Of a stretch of 42,897 nucleotides of DNA, positions 1-9,454 are shown piece after piece. The DNA comes from an uncultured Lachnospiraceae bacterium (lineage in GTDB: Bacteria > Bacillota > Clostridia > Lachnospirales > Lachnospiraceae), in assembly GCA_902772805.1 (NCBI GenBank), contig CACYCC010000014.1:1-42897 (forward strand). The letters run 5' to 3'. Below the pieces are notes generated by a model, which saw nothing but the letters and a program-made list of their open reading frames with translations, did no database searches and was not told the origin of the DNA. The translations under genes were made by a program, and so were the position numbers. The stretch's first letter is position 1. Each line of letters starts with the position of its first letter.

Positions 1-104
1 AAGTTCCTCTTAGTGCTGCTTCGTTCCCGACCTGACACGGTTCGTGGATTCCCATTGCGCGAGACCAAATAAGATATGCGGGCCGTGCAGAAACAACACG
101 GCGA
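1..104 (-). ncRNA. ffs: Signal recognition particle RNA, 3' end cut by the window edge
   Basis: Minus strand reads GAACCGTGTCAGGTCGGGAACGAAGCAGCACTAAG, the conserved helix-8 motif (CAGG...GGAA tetraloop...AGCAG); lies downstream of tadA as in many Firmicutes. Confidence 0.9.
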
Positions 105-109
105 GATTT

Positions 110-138
110 ATTCTACAATATGGTTCAAAAAGTTGCAA
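110..138 (-). promoter_or_regulatory. SigA-type promoter for the SRP RNA
   Basis: Minus strand TTGCAA (138-133)-N17-TAGAAT (115-110). Confidence 0.75.
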
Positions 139-684
139 TCAAAAATCGAGAGTTTCCGGCGCCGCAGTCGTCTCCGGCGACACAACGGTTCCCTTGCGCT
201 CAGCCCTTTCATAGCGGACCCGGACGCGAAGTTCTTTAAAAAATGTTGTGAGTATTTCCGAGCATTCTTTTTCAAGCACTCCTCTTGTAACCTCCGCCTG
301 ATGGTTAAAGCAGTCCATCTGAAGGATGTTGAGAAGCGATCCGCCGCAGCCTGCTTTGGGATTCATGGAGCCCATAACGACTCTGTCCATCCTGGCCTGA
401 ATGATGGCTCCGCTGCACATCTGGCAGGGCTCAAGCGTCACATAAAGAGTACACCCCTCAAGTCTCCAGTCACCCATGTATCTGGAGGCTTTTTTGATGG
501 CCGTGATCTCGGCGTGGCAAAGGGTTGATTTATCGGTGTTTCTGCGGTTATATCCGCGACCGATTATCTTGCCTTCGTACACGATCACGCACCCGATGGG
601 CACTTCACCGAGCTTATAAGCCTTTTTGGCTTCCCTGAGAGCCTCTTTCATATATTTTTCATCTGTGGTAAGTTCTTTTTTCAC
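139..684 (-). CDS. tadA: tRNA adenosine(34) deaminase
   Basis: EVPIG, HAE and TLEPCQMC motifs; GTG at 684 has a GGAG SD (alternative ATG at 726). Confidence 0.93.
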   Translation of the reverse strand: MKKELTTDEKYMKEALREAKKAYKLGEVPIGCVIVYEGKIIGRGYNRRNTDKSTLCHAEITAIKKASRYMGDWRLEGCTLYVTLEPCQMCSGAIIQARMDRVVMGSMNPKAGCGGSLLNILQMDCFNHQAEVTRGVLEKECSEILTTFFKELRVRVRYERAERKGTVVSPETTAAPETLDF

Positions 685-867
685 GTTATTCTCCGCCCGG
701 ATCAAACCGGAATACGATCTGTTCATTGACTATTATACATTAAAAGACGACCGTGCGGGGAGTATAAAAAAAACGCCGGCTGTGATATGCTAATATTAAT
801 CGGAACATTGCCGGATACAGGCCGGGAACTTTGTTTAAAGCCTGAAATTGTTCGGAGCGGAGAGAAA

Positions 868-1560
868 ATGCAAATACACGGGTTTAACAAAACAACACTG
901 CTTGATTATCCCGGGATCGTGGCCTCCACGATATTTACGGGAAATTGTAATTTCAGATGCAGGTTCTGTCAGAATGCGGATCTGGTGCTGGATCCTTTGT
1001 CGCAGCCGCTTATAAGCGAGCAGGAAGTTCTGGATCACTTAAGAAAAAGAAAAGGCATTGTAAAAGGAGTCTGCATAACGGGGGGAGAACCCACGCTGCA
1101 GCCCGATCTTGCGGACTTTATCGGTAAGATCAAAGATATAGGAATGCTTGTTAAGCTTGACACAAACGGATACAGACCGGAAGTGACAGAAAGCCTTATA
1201 AAGGCCGGGCTTGTAGACTATGTGGCAATGGACGTCAAATCTTCGCTTGAGGGTTATTCCGAAATATGCGGTGTAAATATCGATACGGATAAGATAGTAC
1301 AAAGCATTGAATTATTGCTTCACCAAAATACGGAATATGAATTCAGGACAACCGTCATAAAGGAATATCATAACGCAGAAACATTCAGAGCTATCGGGGA
1401 ACTTATAAAAGGCGCGGATAAGTACTTTTTACAGGGGTATATAGATTCCGACCGTGTTATCGCCGGAGGACTTTCGGGTTATGAAAGAAAAGAACTCGAG
1501 TCATTTGCGGAAATAGTTTCCGCATATGTAAAAAAAGTTGACATAAGAGGCGTTGACTGA
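868..1560 (+). CDS. Radical SAM protein, anaerobic ribonucleotide reductase activating protein family (NrdG-like)
   Basis: TLLDYPG, CNFRCRFCQN (CxxxCxxC), ITGGEPT, KLDTNG, EFRTT; ATG at 868 after GGAGAG. Confidence 0.85.
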   Translation: MQIHGFNKTTLLDYPGIVASTIFTGNCNFRCRFCQNADLVLDPLSQPLISEQEVLDHLRKRKGIVKGVCITGGEPTLQPDLADFIGKIKDIGMLVKLDTNGYRPEVTESLIKAGLVDYVAMDVKSSLEGYSEICGVNIDTDKIVQSIELLLHQNTEYEFRTTVIKEYHNAETFRAIGELIKGADKYFLQGYIDSDRVIAGGLSGYERKELESFAEIVSAYVKKVDIRGVD

Positions 1561-1683
1561 CTTGTTTTTTTGCTGAAAATATGTGATAATTAATAAGCTT
1601 TTTAAAGTGGGTTTACGTAACCACTGTAAAGAGTATTGGGGGAAGTCTGATTTGGAAAAATCATGGCTTAAAGAGGATAGACT

Positions 1684-2901
1684 TTGAAACACAAAAGCTC
1701 AGGCCGTTTTAGCAAAATATGGGGAATATGTTTCCTGATCCTCATTCTTATTGGTCTAGCCGGCACAATTCTTACAATAAGATATGCCAAACAATCCGAA
1801 AGAGAGTTAAAATCTCTTTCTTTTGACTGGGAAATTGACAGCCCCGAAAACGAGGAGCTGTATGTTCTTGCGTCCGCCGGTTCTCAGTGGATGGACCAGG
1901 GCAAAGTCATAACCCAGTACGATATAGTTCTTGTCAACGAATCTCCTTATCCCATACATGACTGGAGAGTTACCATCAATGTTGCCGATGACAGTCTGAT
2001 CGACAGTTCATGGAACGGTTTCTGGTCTCATGCAGGCGATAAGATCTTTTACGAACCCGCAGAGTTTAACAATAATGTCGCACCCGGTGAACGCAAATCC
2101 TTCGGTCTTGTTATGGTTTCCGCCGAACCTTTTACTATGAATGAGGTTACTCTTGACTACTATGAGTCGCGAGAACTCAAACGATATGCCGTGTTCTGGG
2201 TGTTTATCGGTATCATCGGTGCAGCCTCTATCGCATTTATATTTGTGGAAGTCGTTAATGCCAAGATCTCCAATTACGCCAAGACGCATGCGGCATACAA
2301 GGATCTCGTTAGTGAATCTCTTCGTACGATAGCAAATATCATCGATACCAAGGATGAATATACAAAAGGTCATTCCGTTCGTGTTGCGATCTATTCAAGG
2401 ATGATCGCCGAGAGAATGGGCATGAATGAGCACGATCAGGAGAGGATATATTACATAGGTCTTCTTCATGACATAGGAAAAGTCGGCATTCCCGCAAGTA
2501 TACTTACCAAACCCGGCCGTCTAAATGATGAAGAATTTGAGATCATCAAAAGACACCCTTCAATGGGCGCTCAGATCATGAAAGATTTTTCTTCGATCCC
2601 CGGTGTTCAGAACGGTATCAAGTATCATCATGAGAGATATGACGGTAAGGGCTACAACGAAGGATTAAAGGGCGAGGAGATCCCTCTTGAAGGAAGGATC
2701 ATATGTGTTGCGGACTCTTATGACGCGATGTCCAGTAAGAGATGTTACCGTAATTCTCTTTCCTATGACTTTATCCTCGATGAATTAAAACGTAACTCCG
2801 GCACACAGTTCGATCCCGATATACTTGTCCATATGGTTGCATTGGTTGAGGAAGGATATGCGCCGATAAGTGACGCGGAAATGGAAGATTATGAGATTTA
2901 A
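1684..2901 (+). CDS. Membrane protein: TM - CBM2-like domain - TM - HD-GYP phosphodiesterase
   Basis: Two hydrophobic segments flank QW..N..DW..SWN..APG..SFG; C-terminal YTKGHS, LLHDIGK, HHERYDGKGY, VADSYDAM, GTQFDP; TTG start after GAGG. Confidence 0.88.
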   Translation: MKHKSSGRFSKIWGICFLILILIGLAGTILTIRYAKQSERELKSLSFDWEIDSPENEELYVLASAGSQWMDQGKVITQYDIVLVNESPYPIHDWRVTINVADDSLIDSSWNGFWSHAGDKIFYEPAEFNNNVAPGERKSFGLVMVSAEPFTMNEVTLDYYESRELKRYAVFWVFIGIIGAASIAFIFVEVVNAKISNYAKTHAAYKDLVSESLRTIANIIDTKDEYTKGHSVRVAIYSRMIAERMGMNEHDQERIYYIGLLHDIGKVGIPASILTKPGRLNDEEFEIIKRHPSMGAQIMKDFSSIPGVQNGIKYHHERYDGKGYNEGLKGEEIPLEGRIICVADSYDAMSSKRCYRNSLSYDFILDELKRNSGTQFDPDILVHMVALVEEGYAPISDAEMEDYEI

Positions 2902-4276
2902 ATACAGTTTACTGCTGTTTATTACCGCGATCATCTGGGGTGCGGCGTTTGTGGCCCAGAGCGCGGGTATGGACTATATCGGTCCGTACACATTTAACTG
3001 CGTAAGATGTTACCTGGGAGTGATCGCATTGCTCCCGGTTATTATTGTAAAGGATACTCGCGCAAAAGAAACCCCGTGGAACGATAAACGTCTTATAACA
3101 GGCGGTATCGTATGTGGGTTATTCCTTTTTCTGGCAAGCACGTCCCAGCAGATCGGTATTGTGACGACATCTGCGGGTAAAGCCGGTTTCATTACCGCTT
3201 TTTATATCGTGATGGTGCCTGTCTTTTCTCTGTTTCTTCGTAAAAAACCCGGTAAATTCATATGGGTGAGTGTTTTGGCGGCCGTTGTGGGCTTATTTTT
3301 CCTGTGTATCAAAGATCCGTCCGATCTTTCCGTTGCAAGGGGAGATTATTTCATTTTAGCCTGTGCCGTACTGTTTGCCTTTCAGATACTTGCGGTCGAT
3401 AAGTTTGCTCCCGGACTTGACTGTTTAAAGCTTGCGTGTTACGAGTTTTTGGTATGTGCGATCCTTGGAACCGGGCTTATGATATGGGAAAAGCCGAGTA
3501 TCCCGTCAATTCTCGATGCATGGATACCGCTCGGCTACGCCGGATTCTTTTCCTGCGGTATAGCGTATACTCTCCAGATGGTGGCTCAGAAACAGGTAAA
3601 GCCTGCGGTCGCATCCATTCTTATGAGCATGGAATCCGTATTCTCGGTGCTTTTCGGTGCCATCATCTTAAAAGAAGTCCTGACGGGAAGAGAACTGCTG
3701 GGATGTGCGATCATGTTTGTCGCAGTCATACTTGCGGAACTTAATCCCGATGCTTTGTTTGAAAAGGTAGTGGCAAGGGGTGAACGCGTTTATCTTCGTG
3801 AAATAACCGCATCGGATACCGATGATATCATAAGATGGCGAAATTCCGAAAATGTCGTTAAGAACTTTATTTACAGGAAACCCGTTACCAGAAAAGACCA
3901 CCTCAACTGGCTTAAGACAAAAGTTAAGACCGGACAGGTCCGCCAGTTCATACTATGTTTAAATGACACCGGAAACGGTATCGGAAGCATATACTTTCGT
4001 GATATAGATAACGAAAAACATACTTGTGAATTCGGGATATTCATAGGAGAAGAGGGTGCAACCGGAAAGGGATACGGATACGAAGGTCAGAAGCTTGCCA
4101 TGGATACGGCCTTTGGCGAAATGGGCATGAAAGAAGTAGAGCTTCGCGTTCTTGAAGGTAACATACCTGCGATAAGAAATTACGAAAAATGCGGCTTTAC
4201 GGTCGTTCCCGGACACGAAGAATTTACCGAAGCGGGCGAAAAAGTGATCTTTATGAAGGCCGTTGGGACATCATAA
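2891..4276 (+). CDS. EamA/DMT transporter fused to a C-terminal GNAT (PseH/RimJ-like) acetyltransferase
   Basis: IWG start with about 10 hydrophobic segments and the ESVFS EamA motif, then YLREI..RWRN..EFGIFIGE..GKGYG..NIPAIRNYEKCGF in the same frame. Confidence 0.85.
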   Translation: MRFKYSLLLFITAIIWGAAFVAQSAGMDYIGPYTFNCVRCYLGVIALLPVIIVKDTRAKETPWNDKRLITGGIVCGLFLFLASTSQQIGIVTTSAGKAGFITAFYIVMVPVFSLFLRKKPGKFIWVSVLAAVVGLFFLCIKDPSDLSVARGDYFILACAVLFAFQILAVDKFAPGLDCLKLACYEFLVCAILGTGLMIWEKPSIPSILDAWIPLGYAGFFSCGIAYTLQMVAQKQVKPAVASILMSMESVFSVLFGAIILKEVLTGRELLGCAIMFVAVILAELNPDALFEKVVARGERVYLREITASDTDDIIRWRNSENVVKNFIYRKPVTRKDHLNWLKTKVKTGQVRQFILCLNDTGNGIGSIYFRDIDNEKHTCEFGIFIGEEGATGKGYGYEGQKLAMDTAFGEMGMKEVELRVLEGNIPAIRNYEKCGFTVVPGHEEFTEAGEKVIFMKAVGTS

Positions 4277-4288
4277 AGACCACATAGA

Positions 4289-5281
4289 TCATTTGGATAT
4301 TCTTTTTAATTTCATTATAAGACCGTGAACACGTTTTGAAAGAACCGGCGTCCTTGCAAGGATCGCAAGGTTCTTTTTTTCTTTTGCCGTAAGATACGGA
4401 TTTGACTTCCAGGCGTCCTTTTCATCACGGATCTCTGAAATGACCTTTTGATAGCAGGCATTTTCGGGTGTCATAAGCGATACCGGAATATGCAAAAGAA
4501 ACATAAGCCGCTGTACATATCTGAAACGTTCGGTTTCAAGAAGACATGAAGGGAAACGTTCTTTCATGACTTCAAAGGCATAATCGCTGTTGGCGATAAC
4601 CGCCTCGTAAAGATGTGCCTTGTAACCGCTTCGCTGATTACTGCCGTTTCGGATCAGAATACTGTAATGCGGCTCTTCCACGGAATAAACGCCGTCGGTC
4701 TTCTGCAGCATCTCAAGTATCAAAAGAAGGTCTTCGTTAAGTTTATTTTCGGAAAAAGAAAACTGTTTGCAAAAGTCCGCTCTTATCAGCTTGGTGCAAA
4801 AAGAGGAATCGCCTTCGTGCATCATTAAGAGTCTGAAGTCTTCTTCGGAAGAGATAAAAGTAGTTTTCCCGGTGTTAAGGCGCGGACCTTTCAGCAACTC
4901 GCCGCTTTCCGAGAAGTCCTGCGACATTACTTCGGCAATGTCGGCATTGTTGTCACTTACGGCTTTGTAGAGTGTTTCATACATCGTTCTGTCCGCCCAG
5001 TCGTCCGCATCCAGAAAACCTATGTAGGCTCCGGCAGCTTCGCGGATACCGACATTCCTTGCGGAACTTGAACCGCCGTTTTGTTTGTGGATGACGCGTA
5101 TGCGCGGATCGCGGGCGGCGTATTCATCGCATATCGCTCCGCTTTTATCGGTTGATCCGTCATCGATAAGCAGTATCTCAAGATTCGTATAGGTCTGTGA
5201 GATCACGTGTTCGAGAGATTTATTCAGATATTTTTCAACGTTGTAAACCGGTATTACAACACTTATTTTTTCTTTTTCCAT
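4289..5281 (-). CDS. Family 2 glycosyltransferase
   Basis: ISVVIPVYNVEKYL, DDGSTD, ARN, FLDADD motifs. Confidence 0.93.
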   Translation of the reverse strand: MEKEKISVVIPVYNVEKYLNKSLEHVISQTYTNLEILLIDDGSTDKSGAICDEYAARDPRIRVIHKQNGGSSSARNVGIREAAGAYIGFLDADDWADRTMYETLYKAVSDNNADIAEVMSQDFSESGELLKGPRLNTGKTTFISSEEDFRLLMMHEGDSSFCTKLIRADFCKQFSFSENKLNEDLLLILEMLQKTDGVYSVEEPHYSILIRNGSNQRSGYKAHLYEAVIANSDYAFEVMKERFPSCLLETERFRYVQRLMFLLHIPVSLMTPENACYQKVISEIRDEKDAWKSNPYLTAKEKKNLAILARTPVLSKRVHGLIMKLKRISK

Positions 5282-6234
5282 GAATCGATCTTTCCGTTTA
5301 TCTTATTTGACAGGGTGATCGCATTAAACGGGCGTTTTGCCTTTACGATACCGAAATTACGGGCTGCGGTATCGACATCCGGGAAACGTCCGGTCTTAAC
5401 ATAAGCATTATACATGCGAATAAAGCCCTTATCTTTCTCGGCCGGAAGGTGCCATATTGAAACGGGGTTACTGACTGTAACGGTGGATACAAGATAAAAA
5501 TCTTCGGTCCAGAATCTGAATATATAAGGGGTTGCCGGAATGACCGGGATTTCCTTATATAAAAGGGCGGCAGCGATCGACCATAAACTTTCGTCTCCGA
5601 TCGTAGCTTCAACATCGAAATTGTTTCCGGAAGCTTTTGCAAAAAGATCAAGGCAGACATCCATAAATCTTATAAGAGCTTCCTTGGGCCCGCACACAAA
5701 TTCTCCGCCGTAATGGGTTATGGGAAGGACTTTTGCTTCTTCGGGACAGAGCCGTTCAAAGTCACGCCTGATCACATCCCTGTCGGGGTGCGAATAGGTG
5801 TGTCCCAGAGGATACAGCACGATACCCTTGTCGGCTTCGGACCAAAGGTCTTTGTAATCGTGCGTTGTATATGTATCCGCGTCAAGTAACAGGTATCTGT
5901 CATATCCACCCTCTTTTACCAGACCGTTAAGCACGCACATTTTGTAAAAAGCAAGCGACCACTGAAATTTATCGGGTAATACAAAGGAATCAAATTCGCG
6001 TTTTAGAACGGTTATACCGGCTTTTTTGAAACGGGCATCCCATTCACCCGGAAGTTCTATGTTTGTACACAGGCAAACGTCGTCGTCCGGATTTAACGTT
6101 TTTGCGCTTGCAAGCGACACCATCAGGTTTTTAAGATACATTTCCGTGGTGGTACTGTCTGCGGGTTTATTTAACTGTATAGAAGTCATAAGACCTTCTT
6201 TGAAAGCGAAGGCCGAAACGATAAGATTTTTCAT
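5263..6234 (-). CDS. Hypothetical protein, probable GT-A fold glycosyltransferase
   Basis: LLLDADTY (DxD), GGEF, GDE and WHLP motifs resembling GT8-like folds; overlaps the GT2 start. Confidence 0.6.
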   Translation of the reverse strand: MKNLIVSAFAFKEGLMTSIQLNKPADSTTTEMYLKNLMVSLASAKTLNPDDDVCLCTNIELPGEWDARFKKAGITVLKREFDSFVLPDKFQWSLAFYKMCVLNGLVKEGGYDRYLLLDADTYTTHDYKDLWSEADKGIVLYPLGHTYSHPDRDVIRRDFERLCPEEAKVLPITHYGGEFVCGPKEALIRFMDVCLDLFAKASGNNFDVEATIGDESLWSIAAALLYKEIPVIPATPYIFRFWTEDFYLVSTVTVSNPVSIWHLPAEKDKGFIRMYNAYVKTGRFPDVDTAARNFGIVKAKRPFNAITLSNKINGKIDSWKKKK

Positions 6235-6241
6235 ACCGTAG

Positions 6242-6250
6242 ATTATACCA
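6242..6250 (-). promoter_or_regulatory. Extended -10 promoter (TGgTATAAT), probable leaderless transcript
   Basis: Minus strand TGG-TATAAT-ctacggt-ATG; no SD before the ATG at 6234. Confidence 0.6.
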
Positions 6251-6289
6251 TTTTCTTGCATTTTTTAATATATTTATGCAAGGAAATCA

Positions 6290-6319
6290 TTGACACGCTT
6301 ATCCGTGCGGTTTTAAACT
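6290..6319 (+). promoter_or_regulatory. Putative SigA promoter of ddh-lysA
   Basis: TTGACA-N18-TAAACT. Confidence 0.5.
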
Positions 6320-6366
6320 AAAAAACTAAAGAGAATAAAGGCACATTATTATGGAGGAAAGAGCCT

Positions 6367-7347
6367 ATGAAGATAGCAATACTCGGATACGGAAACCTTG
6401 CAAGAGGTGTTGAAAGCGCGATCGCTCAGAACGCCGATCTTGAACTCGAATATGTTTTTACCAGAAGAGACCCTGCATCTGTAAAGGTCAAGACCGACGG
6501 AGTTATCGTCAGAAGCGCCGACGACATACTTAAATACAAGGAAGATATCGATGTACTCGTTATCTGCGGAGGAAGTGCGACCGATCTTCCCGAAATGACA
6601 CCCAAGTATGCCAAAGACTTTAATGTAATAGACAGTTTTGATACACACGCACGTATTCCCGAGCACTTCGCAAATGTCGACAAGGCAGCCCGCGAAGGCG
6701 GACATACCGCTCTTATATCATGCGGATGGGATCCGGGAATGTTTTCACTCTTAAGGCTTTACGGAAATGCCATTCTTCCCGAAGGTCAGGATTACACATT
6801 CTGGGGCAAGGGCGTAAGCCAGGGACATTCCGATGCGATCAGACGCGTTAAGGGTGTAAAGAACGGCAAACAGTATACGATCCCTGTGGAAAGTGCCCTT
6901 GAAAGTGTAAGAAACGGTGAAAATCCCGTACTTACCACAAGGCAGAAACACACAAGAGAGTGTTTTGTAGTGCCCGAAGAAGGTGCGGATCTTGCAGCCA
7001 TCGAGAAGGCGATCAAGACGATGCCCAACTATTTCGATGAGTACGATACGACCGTACATTTTATTACCGAAGAAGAGTTTGACCGCGATCACAAAGGTAT
7101 CCCTCACGGCGGTTTCGTATTCAGAAGCGGTGTTACGGGCTTTGCAAAAGAAAACAAGCACGTCATAGAATACAGCTTAAAGCTTGATTCCAATCCCGAA
7201 TTTACCGGATCTGTCCTTGTCGCTTACGCAAGAGCCATCTTTAAGTTAAATACGGAGGGAGTAACGGGATGTAAGACGGTGTTTGACATCGCACCCGCAT
7301 ATCTATCACCCCTTTCGGGAGAAGAGATCAGAGCACACTTATTATAG
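6367..7347 (+). CDS. ddh: meso-diaminopimelate dehydrogenase
   Basis: GYGNLA, CGGSATDLP, DSFDTH, GWDPG, FWGKGVSQGHSDA, PHGG, SNPEFT. Confidence 0.96.
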   Translation: MKIAILGYGNLARGVESAIAQNADLELEYVFTRRDPASVKVKTDGVIVRSADDILKYKEDIDVLVICGGSATDLPEMTPKYAKDFNVIDSFDTHARIPEHFANVDKAAREGGHTALISCGWDPGMFSLLRLYGNAILPEGQDYTFWGKGVSQGHSDAIRRVKGVKNGKQYTIPVESALESVRNGENPVLTTRQKHTRECFVVPEEGADLAAIEKAIKTMPNYFDEYDTTVHFITEEEFDRDHKGIPHGGFVFRSGVTGFAKENKHVIEYSLKLDSNPEFTGSVLVAYARAIFKLNTEGVTGCKTVFDIAPAYLSPLSGEEIRAHLL

Positions 7348-7364
7348 TGTATTCGGAGGAAGCA

Positions 7365-8618
7365 ATGAATTCATATATCGAATCAGTCGATTTTTTTAAG
7401 GGTAACGATCCCGAAGATATAGTTGCAACATACGGAACACCCGTATATGTATACAACGAGGATATCATCAGAAAGCATATGCAGGCGGTGACCAAGGTCA
7501 TCACCAGATATCCCTATACCGCCAATTATTCCATCAAGGCAAATACAAACTTAAGCATTTTAAAGATCGCTCTCGAAGAGCACGTAAACTGTGATGCCAT
7601 GAGCGTCGGCGAGATCAAGATGCTTGAGAAAGTCGGATTTCCTTACGGACGCATTTTCTTTGTACCCAACAATGTTTCAAACGATGAGATGCAGTATGCG
7701 ATAGACCGCAATATCATGACAAGCCTTGATTCGCTTGAGCAGCTTGCACAGTACGGTGAGCTTAATCCCGGCGGAAAGTGTGCGGTCAGGATCAATCCCG
7801 GAGTTGGCGCAGGTCATCACGAAAAAGTCGTGACCGCCGGCAAAAAGACTAAATTCGGTATTTCCGAAGAATTCATACCGCAGATCTTTGAAACGGCAGA
7901 AAAATACAATCTTAGGATAGCGGGTATAAACCAGCACATCGGATCGCTCTTTATGAAGCCCGATCCTTATATCGCTGCTGTTGAAAATCTGTTAAGGATC
8001 GCCAAGCAGTTTGAGGATCTTGAGTTCATAGATTTCGGTGGCGGATACGGCATTCCTTATCACAAACTTGATGATGAACCCGAATATCCCATGGAAGAGT
8101 TTTGTGCAGCACTTGAACCGATACTTGATAAGTTCGTGGTTGAATACGGCCATGCACCTTTATTTAAATCGGAACCCGGCCGTTACTGTGTTGCCGAGGG
8201 AAGCGTGATCTTATCAAGAGTCCATGCGGTCAAGGAAAACAACGAAAAGATATACGTCGGAACGGATTGCGGCATGAACGTGCTCGTGCGTCCTTCCATG
8301 TATGATTCATGGCATGACATCGAAGTGTTAAGAGACGGCAAAGTCGTACCGCGTACGGATATGCGCGAAGTAAACATAAGCGGAAACATATGCGAATCGG
8401 GAGATCTTCTGGCTCACGACAGACTTCTTCCCGGAACCCGAAAAGGCGACCTTTTATGTATTCTTGATACGGGAGCATACGGCTACAGCATGTGTTCAAC
8501 ATACAATTCCCGTCCCAGACCCGCGGAAGTCATGATAAAGTCCGACGGCAGCGTTAAACTCATTCGTCATGCCGAAACATACGAAGACCTTTTTGCTCTT
8601 TACGAAGGTATCGAATAG
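7365..8618 (+). CDS. lysA: Diaminopimelate decarboxylase
   Basis: GTPVYVY, YSIKAN (PLP lysine), HIGS, DFGGG, EPGR, GNICESGD, GAYG; ATG at 7365 after GGAGG. Confidence 0.95.
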   Translation: MNSYIESVDFFKGNDPEDIVATYGTPVYVYNEDIIRKHMQAVTKVITRYPYTANYSIKANTNLSILKIALEEHVNCDAMSVGEIKMLEKVGFPYGRIFFVPNNVSNDEMQYAIDRNIMTSLDSLEQLAQYGELNPGGKCAVRINPGVGAGHHEKVVTAGKKTKFGISEEFIPQIFETAEKYNLRIAGINQHIGSLFMKPDPYIAAVENLLRIAKQFEDLEFIDFGGGYGIPYHKLDDEPEYPMEEFCAALEPILDKFVVEYGHAPLFKSEPGRYCVAEGSVILSRVHAVKENNEKIYVGTDCGMNVLVRPSMYDSWHDIEVLRDGKVVPRTDMREVNISGNICESGDLLAHDRLLPGTRKGDLLCILDTGAYGYSMCSTYNSRPRPAEVMIKSDGSVKLIRHAETYEDLFALYEGIE

Positions 8619-8735
8619 CAAGGAAAAACATACAAAAGATTTTAAAGAATCGGCTTCATTTTGTAAGAAATCATTCTTGATAAATACGGCGGTATAAATT
8701 AACCTATACGTAGATTTAAAGACGAAGGAACAAAC

Positions 8736-9401
8736 ATGATACTTTCCCCCTCGATCCTGGCGGCGGATTTTGCCGTGCTGGGTCATCAGATAACAGAAGC
8801 GGACCGCGCAGGCGCGGATTATATCCATATCGATGTTATGGATGGTCTGTTTGTTCCCTCGATTTCTTTCGGAATGCCGCTCATTTCTTCGATCCGTAAA
8901 GTTACCGACAAAACCTTTGATGTTCATCTGATGATAGAGGATCCGATCCGTTATATTCCGGAATTCGTAAAATGCGGCGCGGATATCATTACCGTTCATT
9001 ACGAGGCATGCAAAGATGTCGATACAACGATAGAAGCGATCAAGAAAGAAGGCATCAAGGCCGGTCTTTCAATTAAACCCGGTACATCGACAAGTGTTCT
9101 TTTTCCCTATCTCGATAAAGTTGATATGGTGCTTGTGATGACCGTGGAGCCCGGATTCGGCGGACAGCATTTTATAGATTCTACACTTGATAAGATAAGC
9201 GATGTACGCAAAGAGATCACGCGTCGTAACCTTTCGACCGATGTTGAGATCGACGGCGGCGTGACCCGTGAGAATATAGGTACCATCTTAAATGCCGGTG
9301 CGAACGTGATCGTAGCCGGTTCGGCGGTGTTCAAAGGTGACATTGCCGACAATGTAAAGTATTTTAAAGATTTTGTTACAAGTGATATTAAAAACCTCTG
9401 A
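8736..9401 (+). CDS. rpe: Ribulose-phosphate 3-epimerase
   Basis: SPSILAADF, HIDVMDG, DVHLMI, MTVEPGFGGQ, EIDGG, VAGSA. Confidence 0.96.
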   Translation: MILSPSILAADFAVLGHQITEADRAGADYIHIDVMDGLFVPSISFGMPLISSIRKVTDKTFDVHLMIEDPIRYIPEFVKCGADIITVHYEACKDVDTTIEAIKKEGIKAGLSIKPGTSTSVLFPYLDKVDMVLVMTVEPGFGGQHFIDSTLDKISDVRKEITRRNLSTDVEIDGGVTRENIGTILNAGANVIVAGSAVFKGDIADNVKYFKDFVTSDIKNL

Positions 9402-9454
9402 TCTCTAGAGGTTTTTTCCATACATATAAGAATGATCATCAGGAGGCATAGGCA

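Noticed and set aside
76-528. 150-aa plus-strand ORF
   Set aside because: Antisense shadow of tadA and the SRP RNA
1561-1683. c-di-GMP riboswitch upstream of the HD-GYP gene
   Set aside because: Only a weak hairpin (GTGG..CCAC) is visible; class I/II motifs could not be recognised by eye; an Rfam scan would settle it
6262-6366. Lysine riboswitch or T-box before ddh-lysA
   Set aside because: Leader after the promoter is only about 40 nt, too short
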